NCBI GenBank assembly: GCA_001643675.2
Contig: LSRY02000004.1
Location: forward strand, 1,488,001 to 1,552,000
From: Monocercomonoides exilis PA203
Lineage: Eukaryota; Protista; Preaxostyla
Length of the DNA stretch: 64,000 nucleotides
Direction: 5' to 3'
How positions within the stretch are numbered: the first letter of the stretch is position 1; the number at the start of each line of letters is the position of its first letter. A program made the translations under genes and the position numbers. Shown here piece after piece: positions 1-21,803 of this stretch. A model generated the notes under the pieces. It saw only the letters and a list, made by a program, of their open reading frames with translations. It searched no databases and was not told the origin of the DNA.

Positions 1-3000
1 AGAACTGGGGGCTGAATGAATGAATGGATAAATAAATAAATAAATGGATGGATGAATGGATGGAAGAGAGGAAGGAAGAATTGTGGATGATATTTTTATA
101 ATTAAATAGAAAGAGAAGGAAAGTTAATATGAGGGCGAGAAAAAGAGAGTATAGAGAAAGAAATAATGATTACGAAAATTAAAAAGAAAGAAAGAAAGAA
201 AGAAAGAAAACATACGTGAGAAGTACATTGACTGTGATCGTCGTGAAAGCTTTGGAAATGGTTTGTGTGGTTTAGCTGAAGCATCATCACCAGCTCCATC
301 TGAAAGAGAGAGGGAGAAATTAGATGAACCAGAAGAAGAAGAGGAGGAAGAGGAGGAAGAGGAGGAAGAAGAAGAGGAAGAAGAAGAGGAAGAATTTGGA
401 GAAGAGGAAGAGTAAGAAGAAGAATTTAAGGAAGAAGAAGAAGCAGAAGAAGAGACGGAGTGAGAAGGGAAAGCAGAAGAGATCATATCGAGACGAAGAG
501 GAGGCAGGTTAAGTTTGCGAGGAAGAGAAGATTTTTGAGGGAGAGGAGAAGGAGAAGAGGAAGAAGAGGAAGAAGAGGAAGAAGAGGAAGAGGAAGAAGA
601 GGAAGAAGAAGAGGAAGAAGAGGAAGAGGAAGAAGAAGTGAAACCAATGTTTGATGAAGAAGAGCTTGCAGATGACGTATTTGACTGAAATGCTGAAGAG
701 GAGTTGGAAAGAGAAGCAGAAAAGGGAGGAGAAGGAGAAGGAGTAGGAGAAAGAGAAGGAGAAGGAGAAAGAGAAGGAGCAGGAGATTGCATAAGTGAAG
801 TAGACGAATCGAAAACAGAGTTTGAATCAACCATGTCATCATCATCATCATCTTTATCATCATCATCATCGCTGTCACTTTCAACAAAACGAGAAAGATC
901 TGGTTTGACTTCGTTTCCCTTTGGTAAAGATGAAATGGCATTGAAATTTGAAGTTCTTGTAATTTTCTTTGAAGCTTCATCATTTTTTCTATTTATTTTT
1001 GATGTTTCTTCTTTTGAACTTTTCACTTTATCATTTGAATCACTGAAGGATTGAACAGGAACTGTGCTATTTTCAATGCTAAAATTCTCCTTCTCTTCTT
1101 TCTCTTCCTCCTTCTCCTCAGTTTTCTTCCCCTTCTTCTTCTTCTTCTTCTTCCCTCTTTCTCCTTCCTCCTTCTCTTCTGCATTTGCATTCACACCTTT
1201 TTCCTCATCTTTTAATGTGATGCTCTTTCCAAACACAAACATTCCACTCTTCATCATTTCTGGTGTTATCAACATCTTTTGCATCTTTTGAATCTTTTGC
1301 TCTTTTTGCTCTTTTTGTATTTTCTGAGGCTTTTTCAGCTTTTCTTTCTGCTTTTGATGAGACTGTTGTGTTTCATTTGAGATGGAAACGGATTTCTGAT
1401 TGAGTGAAGGATTGGAGAGGGATAATGGTGCAAAGAGAGAAGCATAGGAGGGAGTGGAAGAAGAAGAAGAAGAAGAAGAAGAAGAAGAAGAAGAAGAAGA
1501 AGAAGAAGAAGAAGAAGAAGAAGAAGAAGAAGAAGAAGAAGAAGAAGAAGAAGAAGAAGAAGAAGAAGAAGAAGAAGAAGAAGAAGAAGAAGAAACAGAA
1601 GAAGTGAAAGAGGAAGAGGAAGAAGATGCTGAAGCATCACAATTCCGATTATCTTTTGATGCAACAGCAGCTGAATAAGAGCTGTCATCATAAGCAGAAG
1701 AAGGATACACATCAGAAGAAGGTCTTCTTTGATTCTGCATTCTTTGACATTCACATTCACCTTCACAGCTAATCTTAGTGGAATTGAGGTTGTTTTCTTG
1801 TTTCTCGTCTTTGAAATGGATTATTGCGTTTGCTTTGTTTTTTATTCCACTGTTATTATTATTGTTGTTACTGCTGGTGATGTCGTTATCTCCCCATGAA
1901 GAATCGTCATCATCATCAAATACATCTTCGTCTTCTTCATCTTCATCATTATCTTTATTTTTATTATTGTCATAAGTATCACAATTATTATCTTCATCTT
2001 CATCATCTTCTTCATCATCTTCTTCCACAAATGAACTAAGCTTCGCCTCAAGTTCAGGTGTTAGTTTGTTCAATGTGCTGTTTTTGGCAGAAGATGGATG
2101 AAAAGCAGAGGTGTTTATGCCTTTTTCATTTTCAATGGAAAATTTTTGTTCAGTTTTTGTTTCTTCTTCTTCTTCTTCTTCTTCTTTCTGAATGGGATTG
2201 CTTTCTTCTTTTTCTTTTGTTTTATCGAATGAAGATTCATCAATACCATCTTTCACATCCTCCTTTTCTGATTTTTTATTTTCATCTTCTTTGTTCTCTT
2301 TGGCCTCTTTCTTTTTCTCTGCCTCTCTTTGCATTTGAACAGATAGCGGATGGAATGAGTCAAATTTCATTGTCTTGTCAATTTTTTGTGGAGAAGAAGA
2401 AGAAGAAGAAGATGATGATGATGATGACGACGATGAAATTGCAAATGAGGAAAGCAAAGCTTCAGTTGCAGCAGACAATGAAGTGTTGCGCCGAGGTGGC
2501 AGAGAAGAAGCGTCTGGAACAGCTGATGCATTGCGGTCAGAAGAAGAAGAAGAAGAAGAAGCAGAAGAAGCAGAGGAAAGGGAAGAAAGCGTAGAACGAG
2601 AAGTTAATGTCGACAGAGAAGAAAGGGTGGAAAGTGTAGAAAGTGTAGAAAGGGTGGAAATAGTGGAGGAAGTTGAGTATGGAGTGAATGAGCGACGTGC
2701 AGAGAAAGGAGCAGAAGAGGTCAAATCTTGTGAGAGTGTGAGCGAATCAGCAGGAGACAAGTCTGATGGATGAAGTGTGGTGCTTTGTCTGTGTGAATAA
2801 CGGAGGGATGATGCGGGGCTGAGTGAGGAAGAGGGGGAAGGAGAATAAGAGGATGATGTAGATGATGATGATGATGATGAGGAAGAGGAAGAGGAAGATG
2901 ATGAAGGTGATAGAGGAGACGGAGAAGCAGCAAGTGTTGCTGCTGCTGCTGCTGTTGTTGTTGAAATCATTGTATTTTCATTCTGAAGAGCAGTTTGAGG

Positions 3001-4025
3001 GCGCGGACGGAACTTAGGCACGCTTCTTTTGAACAGAGAAGAATCAGCAGAAATGTGGGTGGATGCAGAAGGCGAGCAGCAGGGAGAGGAAAAAGTTGCG
3101 GAAAGGGGTGTTTTGTGTGTTTGGTAAGAGGGAAGTCGATGAAGTGCTTGAGGTGTTGATAAAGAAGAACTAGCTGAAGATAATGCCTTTGAAGCTGAAG
3201 AAGGAGTCTTTTCGATAAACACTTGTTGAGATGAAGCAGAAGATTGCAATGGAACGTTAGAACTTGAATCTGATTGAAGAGAAAGATGAGGAGAAGTTGT
3301 TAAACTTTCATTGGGCTTTTGTTTAACTTGATTAACGGAAGGAATAATTTCATTCGGGAAAGTCAATCTGATAATTTCAAGCTTCTGAGATTTTAATTCT
3401 TGTATCGATTCAGTTGAGGATAATGTTGCAATTTTCGTCTTAAAGTGCTGCGGAAGATCTGAAAAATTGAATTATCAAATAACATAACATTAAAAACGAA
3501 AAAGAAAAATACAACACAAACATGATTTCTTTGGTACAATCCGTTGAGTACGAATAATCCTGGGATCAACAATATCTATAATTTTCATTGGGCATTTATA
3601 TTAACAAAAGATAAACTGCATTCAAACCTGCTGTAATTGGAATAGATATGGTTTGCTTTTTGGTCTTGAGTTGTAAAGTCGATGACACTCTTCCTTCTTG
3701 CTTTGCTAAAAGCGTAACATCGATTTGTGCAATGTCTCCTAATTTTGGCTAAAGCGCATGAGCATTAAGAAGTCAGTATTTGAGTGAATAAAAAAACGAA
3801 AAATCAAACTTCAGAAAAAACAATGTATTGGTTTTTAGAAAGCATGACATCAACTATTTCCGTTTCCATTTTTCCATGTCTCATAGCTATAAGAAAAGGT
3901 TTCGTATATTTGCTGCCTGTTGACACTTGGCCAAATTCTATTATTGATGGAAAGCAAACAGCCCCACCAATTTGAGGTCGGGGAAGATATCTCTCCAAGC
4001 AAGATATCTGGGGTTGTGACATCAT
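1..4025 (-). CDS. Spliced gene: N-terminal ASH/PapD-like Ig-fold domain followed by a long Ser/Glu/Lys/Asp low-complexity region; 3' end lies outside the window
   Basis: ATG at 4025. In-frame exons 4025-3810, 3748-3628, 3575-3522 and 3458-216 are joined by GT-AG introns, followed by a probable intron 215-12. The N-terminus (FPSIIEFGQVSTGSKYTKPFLI...IDVTLLAKQEGRVSSTLQLKTKKQTISIPITA) has the beta-strand pattern of ASH-type Ig domains. Confidence 0.7.
1457..1594. repeat. (GAA)46 perfect microsatellite encoding poly-Ser on the minus strand
   Basis: Direct reading of the sequence. Confidence 0.95.
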
Positions 4026-4140
4026 ATGTCAAAATTCTACTGTGATATCCAGTTTATAATTCTCAAAATATCAAAATAAAAATTTGATCACACTCATAAT
4101 AAAACTTGATTTCAATCAATTCATTGTGAAATTACGTTTT

Positions 4141-5675
4141 ATGAAATATTATTTGATAAAATTTATAATCTTCATATCTTTATCATTATGCGTACCTCAT
4201 GAATCAAGTATTTTACGAAGAAAACTGCAGAAAAAGCAAAATTTGAATGGAGACAAAATAATTGATTTATCGATAGAAGAATTTAAAGAACTAGTCGTAT
4301 TTGGGCCAAGAGATTTTTATGCTTTTTGTTGTTTTGTAGGAGATTCAACTACTTGTCCTCATTGCAAGTTTGTCCTTTTTCGACAATATTAAAATTAATA
4401 TGTATTTTTCAGAGTTTTCGATCCTATGATAATGCTTATAGGTTCAAACTATTACTATAATTTTTTCTTTTATGAATTAAATGATACATATATATTTTTT
4501 GTCATATTTAGGAACTTCTGTTGCTCATTCAAACAGAATTGCAAATTCTTCTATTCCCGTTTTTCCAATTCGTGTTGTATTTAGTTCCCAAGTTGAAAAT
4601 ATCCAATTAATTGGAAAGGTTTGAATTTGATTATCCGCATTTTATGTTGTATTCTCCCATCTATTTCTTTAGATTGGGTTAACATCTCTTCCATCATTCG
4701 CAATCTTTCCTCCAACAGAGCGAGTTATTGGTTCGCTAAACGAAATTAGAGCCCTTCCAAAGAAATTTATATATCACTCAAAAACAGATGAATTTCAGCT
4801 TCCTCATTTTCGCCATTGGATTCAAAAGCGAACTGATATCCCGATTTTTCTTATTACCCCCTCATCAGAAGATGAAAATGGACTTGCAAGCAAATTTCGC
4901 GTCACACCTTTTATATTCATGGTTTTATTGATAATGGTTGGAGCTCTTGGGCTTATAGGCTGGGTTTTATGGCAGAGTTGGAAATGGGTTTCAATATTTT
5001 TCATCGGCTGCGTGGTATGCGAAAGGAAAGATAGAAAGAAAGAAATATATCTTTGTTCTTTGTTCTTTTTCTTTTTCTTTTTGATGCTTTTAAGACGTTT
5101 CTTTCGTGCATGTGCTTCAATGAAATAATTCTAATTCGATTTAATTTTCTGACAAATGATTATAATGATTTTTGATTCAATCTGATGATGTTAAAAATGC
5201 TTTATTATTTCTCAGATCATTTCATTGTACTCCCTTGGAGGAACTGCATATCACAGAATTACAGGCACTCCTTTTGTTATAGATAACGGAAGAAATGGAT
5301 ATTCATATTTTATCACAAAAATGGGAATTCATCAGCAACTAGGATCAGAAAGTATATTCATTGCATGTATATGTATGCTATAAATAGCTTATTGTTCATT
5401 TTTCATTCATTGACTTTATATTTCTTATTTCTATTTTTCCTTTCATTATTTTATTTAATTTTGTTTAACTATTTTTAATATTTCTTTGACAAATCAAATT
5501 CATAATTCTATCATTCTTTCTTCGTTATTAAATTTAACTTCATTCAGTTCTTTTCTTCGCACTCTCGTACGTGATGGATACTTCGACCGATCAAAAGTCA
5601 TTCACTCATTTTTTGTTAATTACAATTGAATTAAGTTGTGCCATTGTATTATTCGTGATGGAAATTATGAAATGA
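4141..5675 (+). CDS. OST3: Oligosaccharyltransferase OST3/OST6 (MAGT1/TUSC3) family subunit, spliced (6 exons)
   Basis: Signal peptide, then GPRDFY and a thioredoxin-like CPHC motif, then TM helices. Family-like segment SLGGTAYHRITGTPF...YFITKMGIHQQLGSES. Exons join in frame to TGA at 5673-5675. Confidence 0.8.
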
Positions 5676-5834
5676 ACAAAATATGATCATAAATTATATA
5701 CAATATATATTTTAAAACAAAATTCTCAAAAAATGTTGCTTTGTGAAATGTTTTGAGAATAAAAATATGAAAAAAAACTTGATCTGAAATGAAAATACAA
5801 AGATTTTGACTAATTTTTCAATAACCTTTTATTC

Positions 5835-6332
5835 TTAAATTGCAACATTTGGTTCATCTGCTTCTTTAAATTTCCTTTCAACTTTTGTTCCTTTGTTGAA
5901 ATTCACAGTAACTCTTCCTCCTGAATGATGAATATAAAAGTCGAGCCCTGCATTTCTAAATTGTTCAAGGATATAAGGTTTTATTTTTGGCTTTCCATCT
6001 TTTGCATGAAGACCTCTTCCAGGAATAAAGCATATATCGTTTTTCGGTTTTTGTGCAAAATACATTGGAAGAACAGATTCTGCTTCCTTCAGATACCATC
6101 CATGGAAATCAAGCTCTTCAGGAAGAGGAATGCTATTGTTCACAATTTGAGCAACTAAAGCTTCAATTTTTGAGCGATCATATGGCTCTTGTTCTTGTGT
6201 TTGAGATTGGGGTTGATTCTGAGATTGTTGTTGAGTTTGTTTTGAAGAAGAGTTCTGTCTTTGAGATGGTGCTTGAGACGAATTCCCAGTTGGTTCGCTT
6301 ACTTCCTGTTTTTTACCAAAACAACACCCCAT
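5835..6332 (-). CDS. Smr (small MutS-related) domain protein with N-terminal MGCC acylation motif
   Basis: ELDFHGWYLKEA (LDLHG motif), FIPGRGLHAKDGKPKIKP (TGxGxHS-like motif) and GGRVTV. N-terminus is MGCCFGKK. Intronless, 165 aa. Confidence 0.85.
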   Translation of the reverse strand: MGCCFGKKQEVSEPTGNSSQAPSQRQNSSSKQTQQQSQNQPQSQTQEQEPYDRSKIEALVAQIVNNSIPLPEELDFHGWYLKEAESVLPMYFAQKPKNDICFIPGRGLHAKDGKPKIKPYILEQFRNAGLDFYIHHSGGRVTVNFNKGTKVERKFKEADEPNVAI

Positions 6333-6514
6333 TTTTGTCTTTATCCCATTTTAAAAAATTGACATTCTCTGTTTCAAAATATATTGAAATCTTTCGATTT
6401 TTTGCTTTAATCAATAAATATGTTGAGAATATTACAGAAACAAAATTTATTGTTTAAATCATTTGATGAAGGGTCTCAGGATCATAGATTTTTTTCTCAA
6501 TTTCTTTCTAATCA

Positions 6515-9357
6515 ATGTACATTTTTGTGAAATGCACTTCAATTCCTCGACCAACAGAAATGTCATTTACTGACTTTTTTGTTTGTACAACTTCTGAACG
6601 TTTGCTATTCCAAGTTTATGATAATAATTTATTGTTTCTCTATTTTTCTATCGTAGAAAACGTAAATGAAACAACACGGATTAGAAACGAAATGTCGCGT
6701 ACATTGTCAGGGGACTTTACACAAATACAGAAAAAACTTTCCATTGAAAAGTATTTGCCGTACGTGTTTGCCCTTCAATCCTCAATAAAGACAGGAACCG
6801 TGTCTCTGAAAAAAGGCATATTATACAAGTGGACAAGCTTTCTTAATTCAGGGAAGCATGTGTTTGAAAATCCTCAAATCAATTTTGGTGTGTTTATGTT
6901 ATTCAAGTTATTGAAATTCAATTAATTTTTTGGATATTGTACTTATTTTTTCATCATTTAAAGAGGTTACTATGACATTAGCAGTTTGCATCACTTTCTG
7001 CTTTAAAATTTGAAAAGATAATTGTTTTCGTTTAAGGCATATGCATTCACTTTAGCTAATTGTGCCATTGCAACTGCGAATGAATTCTTTCAGACGGAAG
7101 TATTTAATTCTAATAATCGTTGAAATTTCATTCTCAAAAATATTTATAATAGGCGTATTCATCAAATCCTTTAACACCAGAAAAGATTTCAGAAAATGCC
7201 AAAGAATGCTCTCAATATTTTCGAAGAGCTGCAGGAGTTGTGGAGTATCTTCAAAATGCAGTAATTCCCCTTCTTTCTCCTGCTCATGGCCTTTTGTTTG
7301 CATATTTGCACATTTTATTTTATTTTATTTTATTTTTGATTGCTTATTGATTTTAATATGAAATCGTTGTTTATTTGAAAAAAAATGAATGATATTTTGT
7401 TATAGGCCAGTTGAATGCAGTGTTCATATGATGGGTGCGCTGAAAGAAATTTTCCTTGCACAAGCACAAGTGTTTGCTGTGATGCTGGGAGCGGACCAGG
7501 TGCGTATTGTGTTTATAAATATTTAGTTTTTTTTTCTTTTTCTTTTTCTTTCTTTTTTTTTGTATCAAACTTTTTTTCTTTTTCTTCTCCTACATCCCCC
7601 CCTCTGATGAATGTTCTTTGCATTATAAAACAAAAACCAGCAAAACAACCCCGTAACGCTTGCGCGACTTTGCATGGGAATTTCAAAGAGATTCGATAGA
7701 GGGCACCAGCTGATGAAGATTAACACTTCTGATTATAAAGGTTGCTCATTTTTGGAATTAATTTTTTGATTCATGAATTTTCTTTCTTTTTCTTTCTTTT
7801 TCTTTCTTTTTCTTTCTTTTTCTTTCTTTTTCTTTCTTTTTCTTTCTTTTTCTTTCTTTTTCTTTCTTTCTTTTTTTTAATGTAATATTTGATGTATGTC
7901 AATGTGACAACTATCAATAATCGCTTTATTTTATTTTTTCTTTTTCTTTTTGATTTTTTAACCATTGCATTGTGATATGCTTTTGTTCGACAACAGCTCT
8001 CCTTCCTTCGCTTCCAGTTCTTCTGGATCTTCTTCCTAAGCATTACGATTCACTCGCTTATCGACATTTAGCTGATAGCGAAATGAATAAAGAGTTTGAT
8101 TTTTTTTTCTGAATATAAAAAAAAAAGATAAATGCTCAACGCATTTGCAAAAATAAATTATCAATTTCTTTTTCTTTTTCTTTTTCTTTTTCTTTTTCTT
8201 TTTCTTTTTCTTTTTCTTTTTCTTTTTCTTTTTCTTTTTCTTTTTCTTTTTCTTTTTCTTTTTCTTTTTTCTTTTTCTTTTTTCTTTTTCTTTTTCTTTT
8301 TCTTTTTCTTTTTCTTTTTCTTTTTCTTTTTTCTTTTTCTTTTTCTTTTTCTTTTTCTTTTTCTTTTTCTTTTTCTTTTTCTTTTTCTTTTTCTTTTTCT
8401 TTTTCTTTTTCTTTTTCTTTTTCTTTTTCTTTTCTTTTTCTTTTTCTTTTTCTTTTTCTTTTTCTTTTTCTTTTTCTTTTTCTTTTTCTTTTTCTTTTTC
8501 TTTTTCTTTTTCTTTTTCTTTTTCTTTTTCTTTTTCTTTTTCTTTTTCTTTTTCTTTTTCTTTTTCTTTGTCTTTGTCTTTTTTTCCTTCTTTTCGTTCT
8601 TTTCATTTTTATTTTATTTATTCATTCATATTATTGTTATTATTATCAATCTCACATATTTTCTTTCTTTCTTTCTTTCTTCTTTTTTATTTCTTTCTCT
8701 TTCTCTTTCTTTTTTTTTTAATGATTGGTAATCATTTAATAATCTTCTTAGAGTGAAGGATTGTGGTGCTGCCTGCTGCTATGCACTGGAATCAATCAAA
8801 TTGAACGAAGCAATTCTTCCAATCAGAGTTTGCCTTGTTTATGTGATTATTGTTAATCTATAAATTTTTTTTTTCTTGCTTCTTATACATACACACATAT
8901 ATCTCTTTCTCTTTCTCTTTCTCTTTCTCTTTCTCTTTCTCTTTCTCTTTCTCTTTCTCTTTCTCTTTCTCTTGTATTGGAAATGCATTTGCTTGACATA
9001 ATTTTGCTGTTTTAATTATTTGTTGAAATTTAACCAATAAAAAAACAGACTCAAGATGAAGTTAAAAAAATAATCGAAAGAATTCATGACATGAACGCAA
9101 AACTCATTGAAAAGTATGCTTTATTTAAATTATCATTAATTTTCTCTGACTTTTTCTTTCTTTCTTTCTTTTTTGATTTATTTGATAATTTACAATTAAT
9201 CCCTTGTTCTTCTTTTTTTAGATTGAATTATGACAATCAGCATATTTATTTCCAGCCTGTACCAACATTTCCACCTTCTGCTTTACCTGATCCCGCAGAG
9301 ATCACAAAAGCAATTGAATTTGTTGTTCCTGATCCTGTTTACACAGAAATTAAATAG
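6515..9357 (+). CDS. BRO1-domain protein (BROX-like, ESCRT-associated), multi-exon
   Basis: Spliced segments include IEKYLPYV..., YKWTSFL, FRRAAGVVEYL, LAQAQ, LARLC and the C-terminal NYDNQHIYFQPVP...LP. These are typical of BRO1 domains; no V domain follows. Confidence 0.8.
8165..8568. repeat. (TTTTTC)n polypyrimidine satellite inside a BRO1 intron; related tracts at ~7779-7870 and (TCTCTT)n at ~8903-8972
   Basis: Direct reading; lies between the donor at ~8095 and the acceptor at ~8753. Confidence 0.9.
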
Positions 9358-9632
9358 TTTTCAAAAGCTAAATCTTCCTTTCTTTTGCTGTTGTTTCGAG
9401 AATTTTTCTTTTTTTGTTGTTTTTCATTTAATTATTGCTGAGTAAAGCGACTTAAGCTCTGATTTTTTTTGATTTCTTTTATATCATATATACATTTTTA
9501 TTATAACGTTTTGCATTAATTCTTTTTTGGGGTAAAAACACCTTGCCAAGATTTTAAAAGATTATTCATTTTTAATTCGTGGGATAGATCATAGAGTATT
9601 TCATCAATTTTTCTCCTTTGTAGGAAAGGTTG

Positions 9633-18290
<8,658 letters not shown>

Positions 18291-18502
18291 CCATAATTTA
18301 TCTTTTCACATCTCTACTTCGTTTTGTTTCTTCTTATTTATTAAATGCACCCAAAAGATTTGATTGATATACCTTCACCAATATCTTCAAATATAGAATA
18401 TTCAAAAAGAAAAAATGGAATTGAATGATGTGGAATTTGAAGATCGAAAAACAGGTTGTTTGAGGAAATTAGAAAATGCAGTCAAAGAATCGAGATGAAC
18501 AG

Positions 18503-18575
18503 CTCGATGTAGTCTAGTCGGTTAGGATTTAGGATTTTCACTCCTGAGACCCGGGTTCGATTCCCGGCATCGAGG
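18503..18575 (+). tRNA. tRNA-Glu(TTC)
   Basis: Acceptor stem CTCGATG/CATCGAG; anticodon arm TAGGA-TTTTCAC-TCCTG; T arm CCGGG-TTCGATT-CCCGG; downstream T-run (Pol III terminator). Confidence 0.95.
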
Positions 18576-19501
18576 AAGTTTTTTGTTCTTCATTTTCTTT
18601 TTTGTGAAGAAATTGGATATTTTGAAGAAATACAAGTATTTTCATATTGCTGATAGAAATTATTATATTGTGAATTTGGTGAAAATTTTTGAAAGTGTTT
18701 TGATGTTTCTATTGATTCACTTGAGTTATGAATTTTTCTGATGAGTTTTTTTGATTTATAATTTTTTGGTGTTTTATGTTGAAGTTACCAATGATGAATT
18801 GAATAAATGATTAAAAATATTAACAGTATAATTTAAGAAAATTGAAACATTCTTTTTTAAATCAATTGATGTGAGTTTCGAAGAAATAATTATGTGGGAA
18901 AGAAAATTTTTCGATTTTGGGAAAGTGGTTGTTTCTTTCAACATGTTCATGGAAATTATTGCAATATTTTTTTCAGATGAGCAAATACAATTTGTTACTG
19001 AAAATTCCTTTTGAAAATACGACTTGTTCACTCAGAAAGAAATGATATTTGTGAATTTTTGTGCAAACGTTTAGAATTAAGTAAAAAGTCAAAAAAATCA
19101 AAATGTGATTCGAAAAGGTCAGAAACTTTTATAGAAGTAATGAAATAAGAAGGCGCAAAAGATGAGATAAAGTAATAAAGGTTGGACAAAGAAGTTAATA
19201 AAAGAATTTTAAAATGAAAAATGAAGCATTTCATAAAAATTAAAATGTAAAAACATTGATGCCAGATAGACAAATTGAATATCGTGAAAATCATTTGTCT
19301 AAAAATATTAAAAATTAAAAAAGGCAGATATCCAGAAAAATTGATAATCGTTTGTTTGATAAAACGTGTGAAAAATGCCAAAACTGACAAAAATCAGTCA
19401 AACGCTGTAACAATTGTATATAGGAAAACAAAATAAACATTAAATATTTCAATTTTAAAAATAAGATGAAGCAGTCAAGTTTCAGTATTGCATAGTGAAG
19501 C

Positions 19502-20488
19502 TTAGAAAAAGATGCATCTCTTTTTTGGCTTTTCGATTGGTTCTTTTTCTTTTCTTATCTCTCTAACAAGTGTGTGGAATGCTTCAACCACGTTGAATCT
19601 TTCTTTTGCTGAAGTTTCGAGTAATGGACAGCCAAAGGATTTCGCCTGAAATAATTTTTTGTTTCATTTTTCATAAATAAAGATTTTCAAATTTTGAATA
19701 AATAAATAACGAGCAAATAGAAAAGTTAAAAAATAGTCTAACCATATCACGTCCTTCTTGGCTCGATACATGATGATAATTCATGGACAAATCTCTCTTA
19801 TTTGCACAAATTACAATTGGTACTTTGTCTTTTTCTTTCACTGTCAAAATTCTATCACGTAATTTTCTAATTTCATCAAAAGAAGGTTTGGAATCTACTG
19901 CGTAAACAAGCAAAAATCCATCACCCGATAGAATGTACTGAATTTAATTTTGAAAAGATTATTAAAATTGATTATAATCAAAATTATATTCATAAAGAAA
20001 AATATAAAGTCTCCAAATATGAAAAGCAAGTTAATACCTGATCCTGCATTGCTGAAAATTCTTCCTGTCCTGCTGTATCCAATATGTCAAGATAACAAGT
20101 CTTGTCATCAATTGTTGTTTGCATCCGATATTGATCCTCTGAAGGCAATAGATTGAAAAAATATGAGTAATTAAAAATGGAAAAGCAAATTTCAGAAAAT
20201 TTTGAGCAAACCGATTGTTGGATCATATTCGGAAACAAATTTTTTCTTTCATATAAAAATATCAACAAAGGTAAGCAATCAATTAATAATGCATAGAAAC
20301 AAATATAAAACGTTACAAATAAAAGAAGAAACCATAATGAACTGGATTGTCAGTGCTGATTTCCCAACTCCACCACCTCCAAGAACAACCTATTTTATTG
20401 TTGAATGGTAATGGTAATTCACAATCGTAATCCACAAAATATTTGTATAAAAATACAATATAAAAGGTCAAACAATTTTATATTCCAT
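19502..20488 (-). CDS. RAS: Ras-family small GTPase (Ras subfamily), 6 exons
   Basis: Spliced product: MEYKI|[19 protein letters not shown]|[11 protein letters not shown]|EDQY...[17 protein letters not shown]|[14 protein letters not shown]...NKRDL|...ETSAK...KPKKRCIFF* (polybasic region + CaaX). Confidence 0.95.
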
Positions 20489-20680
20489 AAAGCTTTGTGT
20501 GAAATGATGATCTGGTAAGAATGTAGCAGATACTGATCTTTCAGCCCTTACTGTATATTATTCAATAAATTATAAAGGGCAAAGTTTCATTGATTTTTGC
20601 TTTATTAAAGTGAGTTTTACTCTTTTTTAAACAAAGCACTTTCCAGTTTTCAAAAGAATTGTGAACTTTATTTGTGGAAT

Positions 20681-21331
20681 ATGTCATATAAGTGTCGTAT
20701 TTGCAGAAAAATTTTATTTACAGAAAAAGATGTTATTCCTCATGAACCAGCTGTAAAAGGAACAAAGGTAAATAACTTAATTATAAGTATTATTTGTTAT
20801 AGCTTTTGTTGAAATTTTTTATATTATATTAAGTGTTCTTCAATATTTATCGAAAAGCCAGAATGGCTTGTGTGTAACTTTCAATTTTCAGCGTAAACAG
20901 TAATTTCTGCTTATATTTGTTTTACAGGAAGATTTTTCTTCTGAAGAAAATCATTTATATTGCCCAAAATGCAAAAAGAAGATTGGATATTATCGTTGGT
21001 CAGGCGAACAATGCAACTGTGGGCATGCTTCAAATATGCTTATACTTTTTTTCAATTAAAATTTCTGAAGGAGATGGATAACACCATCGTTTCAAATAAC
21101 TAGAAACAAAGTTGATGAGCCAACTCAAATTGATTATCGCACTGTTATCCCTGTTGGTTTGGAGATATTTTATAATTTGTTTAACAAAATTAAAAAATTC
21201 ATAATTTAAAATTAGATTTTCAAAAAAATGATCTGAAAGATAAACCAAAAGATGAGGGGAAAAATGAATCAACAATTTCTTTTAATTCGGAAGACGTTTC
21301 ATCTGCAACTCCTGGACCAACGGAAAGCTGA
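20681..21331 (+). CDS. Stand-alone YVH1/DUSP12-type Cys-rich zinc-binding domain protein (no phosphatase domain), 5 exons
   Basis: Spliced product: MSYKCRICRKILF...PHE|CSSIFIEKPEWL|...LYCPKCKKKIGYYRWSGEQCNCG|RWITPSFQITRNKVDE. This matches the DUSP12/Yvh1 C-terminal domain. Not in the ORF track because the exons are short. Confidence 0.8.
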
Positions 21332-21803
21332 AATAGAACTGAGTGACTGTAATTGAAGTGTGCCTTGAAATTTTTTCTAATTGTCAGATTGTATTCATAC
21401 GACTTTCTTTTGTTTTGCTGATATTTTGATGATTTTTTTTGAGAATATTGGATGAACTACAACGGATACAATTATTGCAAAAAGAATTACAATTAAAACA
21501 GGAATACTTCAAAAGAAAGTGTTTAACCTGGAGCATAGCTCTCCAACAATTTTAGAGTTTTGCGTTATGGATTATTAATTATTTCGAAATTTAAAAAATT
21601 ATTTTAAACACATGATTTGCTGAATAACATATCTGGCCATTTATTACCGAGACGCATAAGAAAATAATTTCTTTAATGTTTATAAATCTTTATTTAAAAA
21701 AACTATTCTGTCCAGTTTTTCTTCCTGCATTCAATTGAAAGATTATTGAAGAAAATGATCATTATAACCATAGTTTATCAATTTGTTCTTTTTTACGGGC
21801 TTC

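Noticed and set aside
8132-8731. FLFLFL / KRKEKE ORFs
   Set aside because: Translation of an intronic TTTTTC satellite
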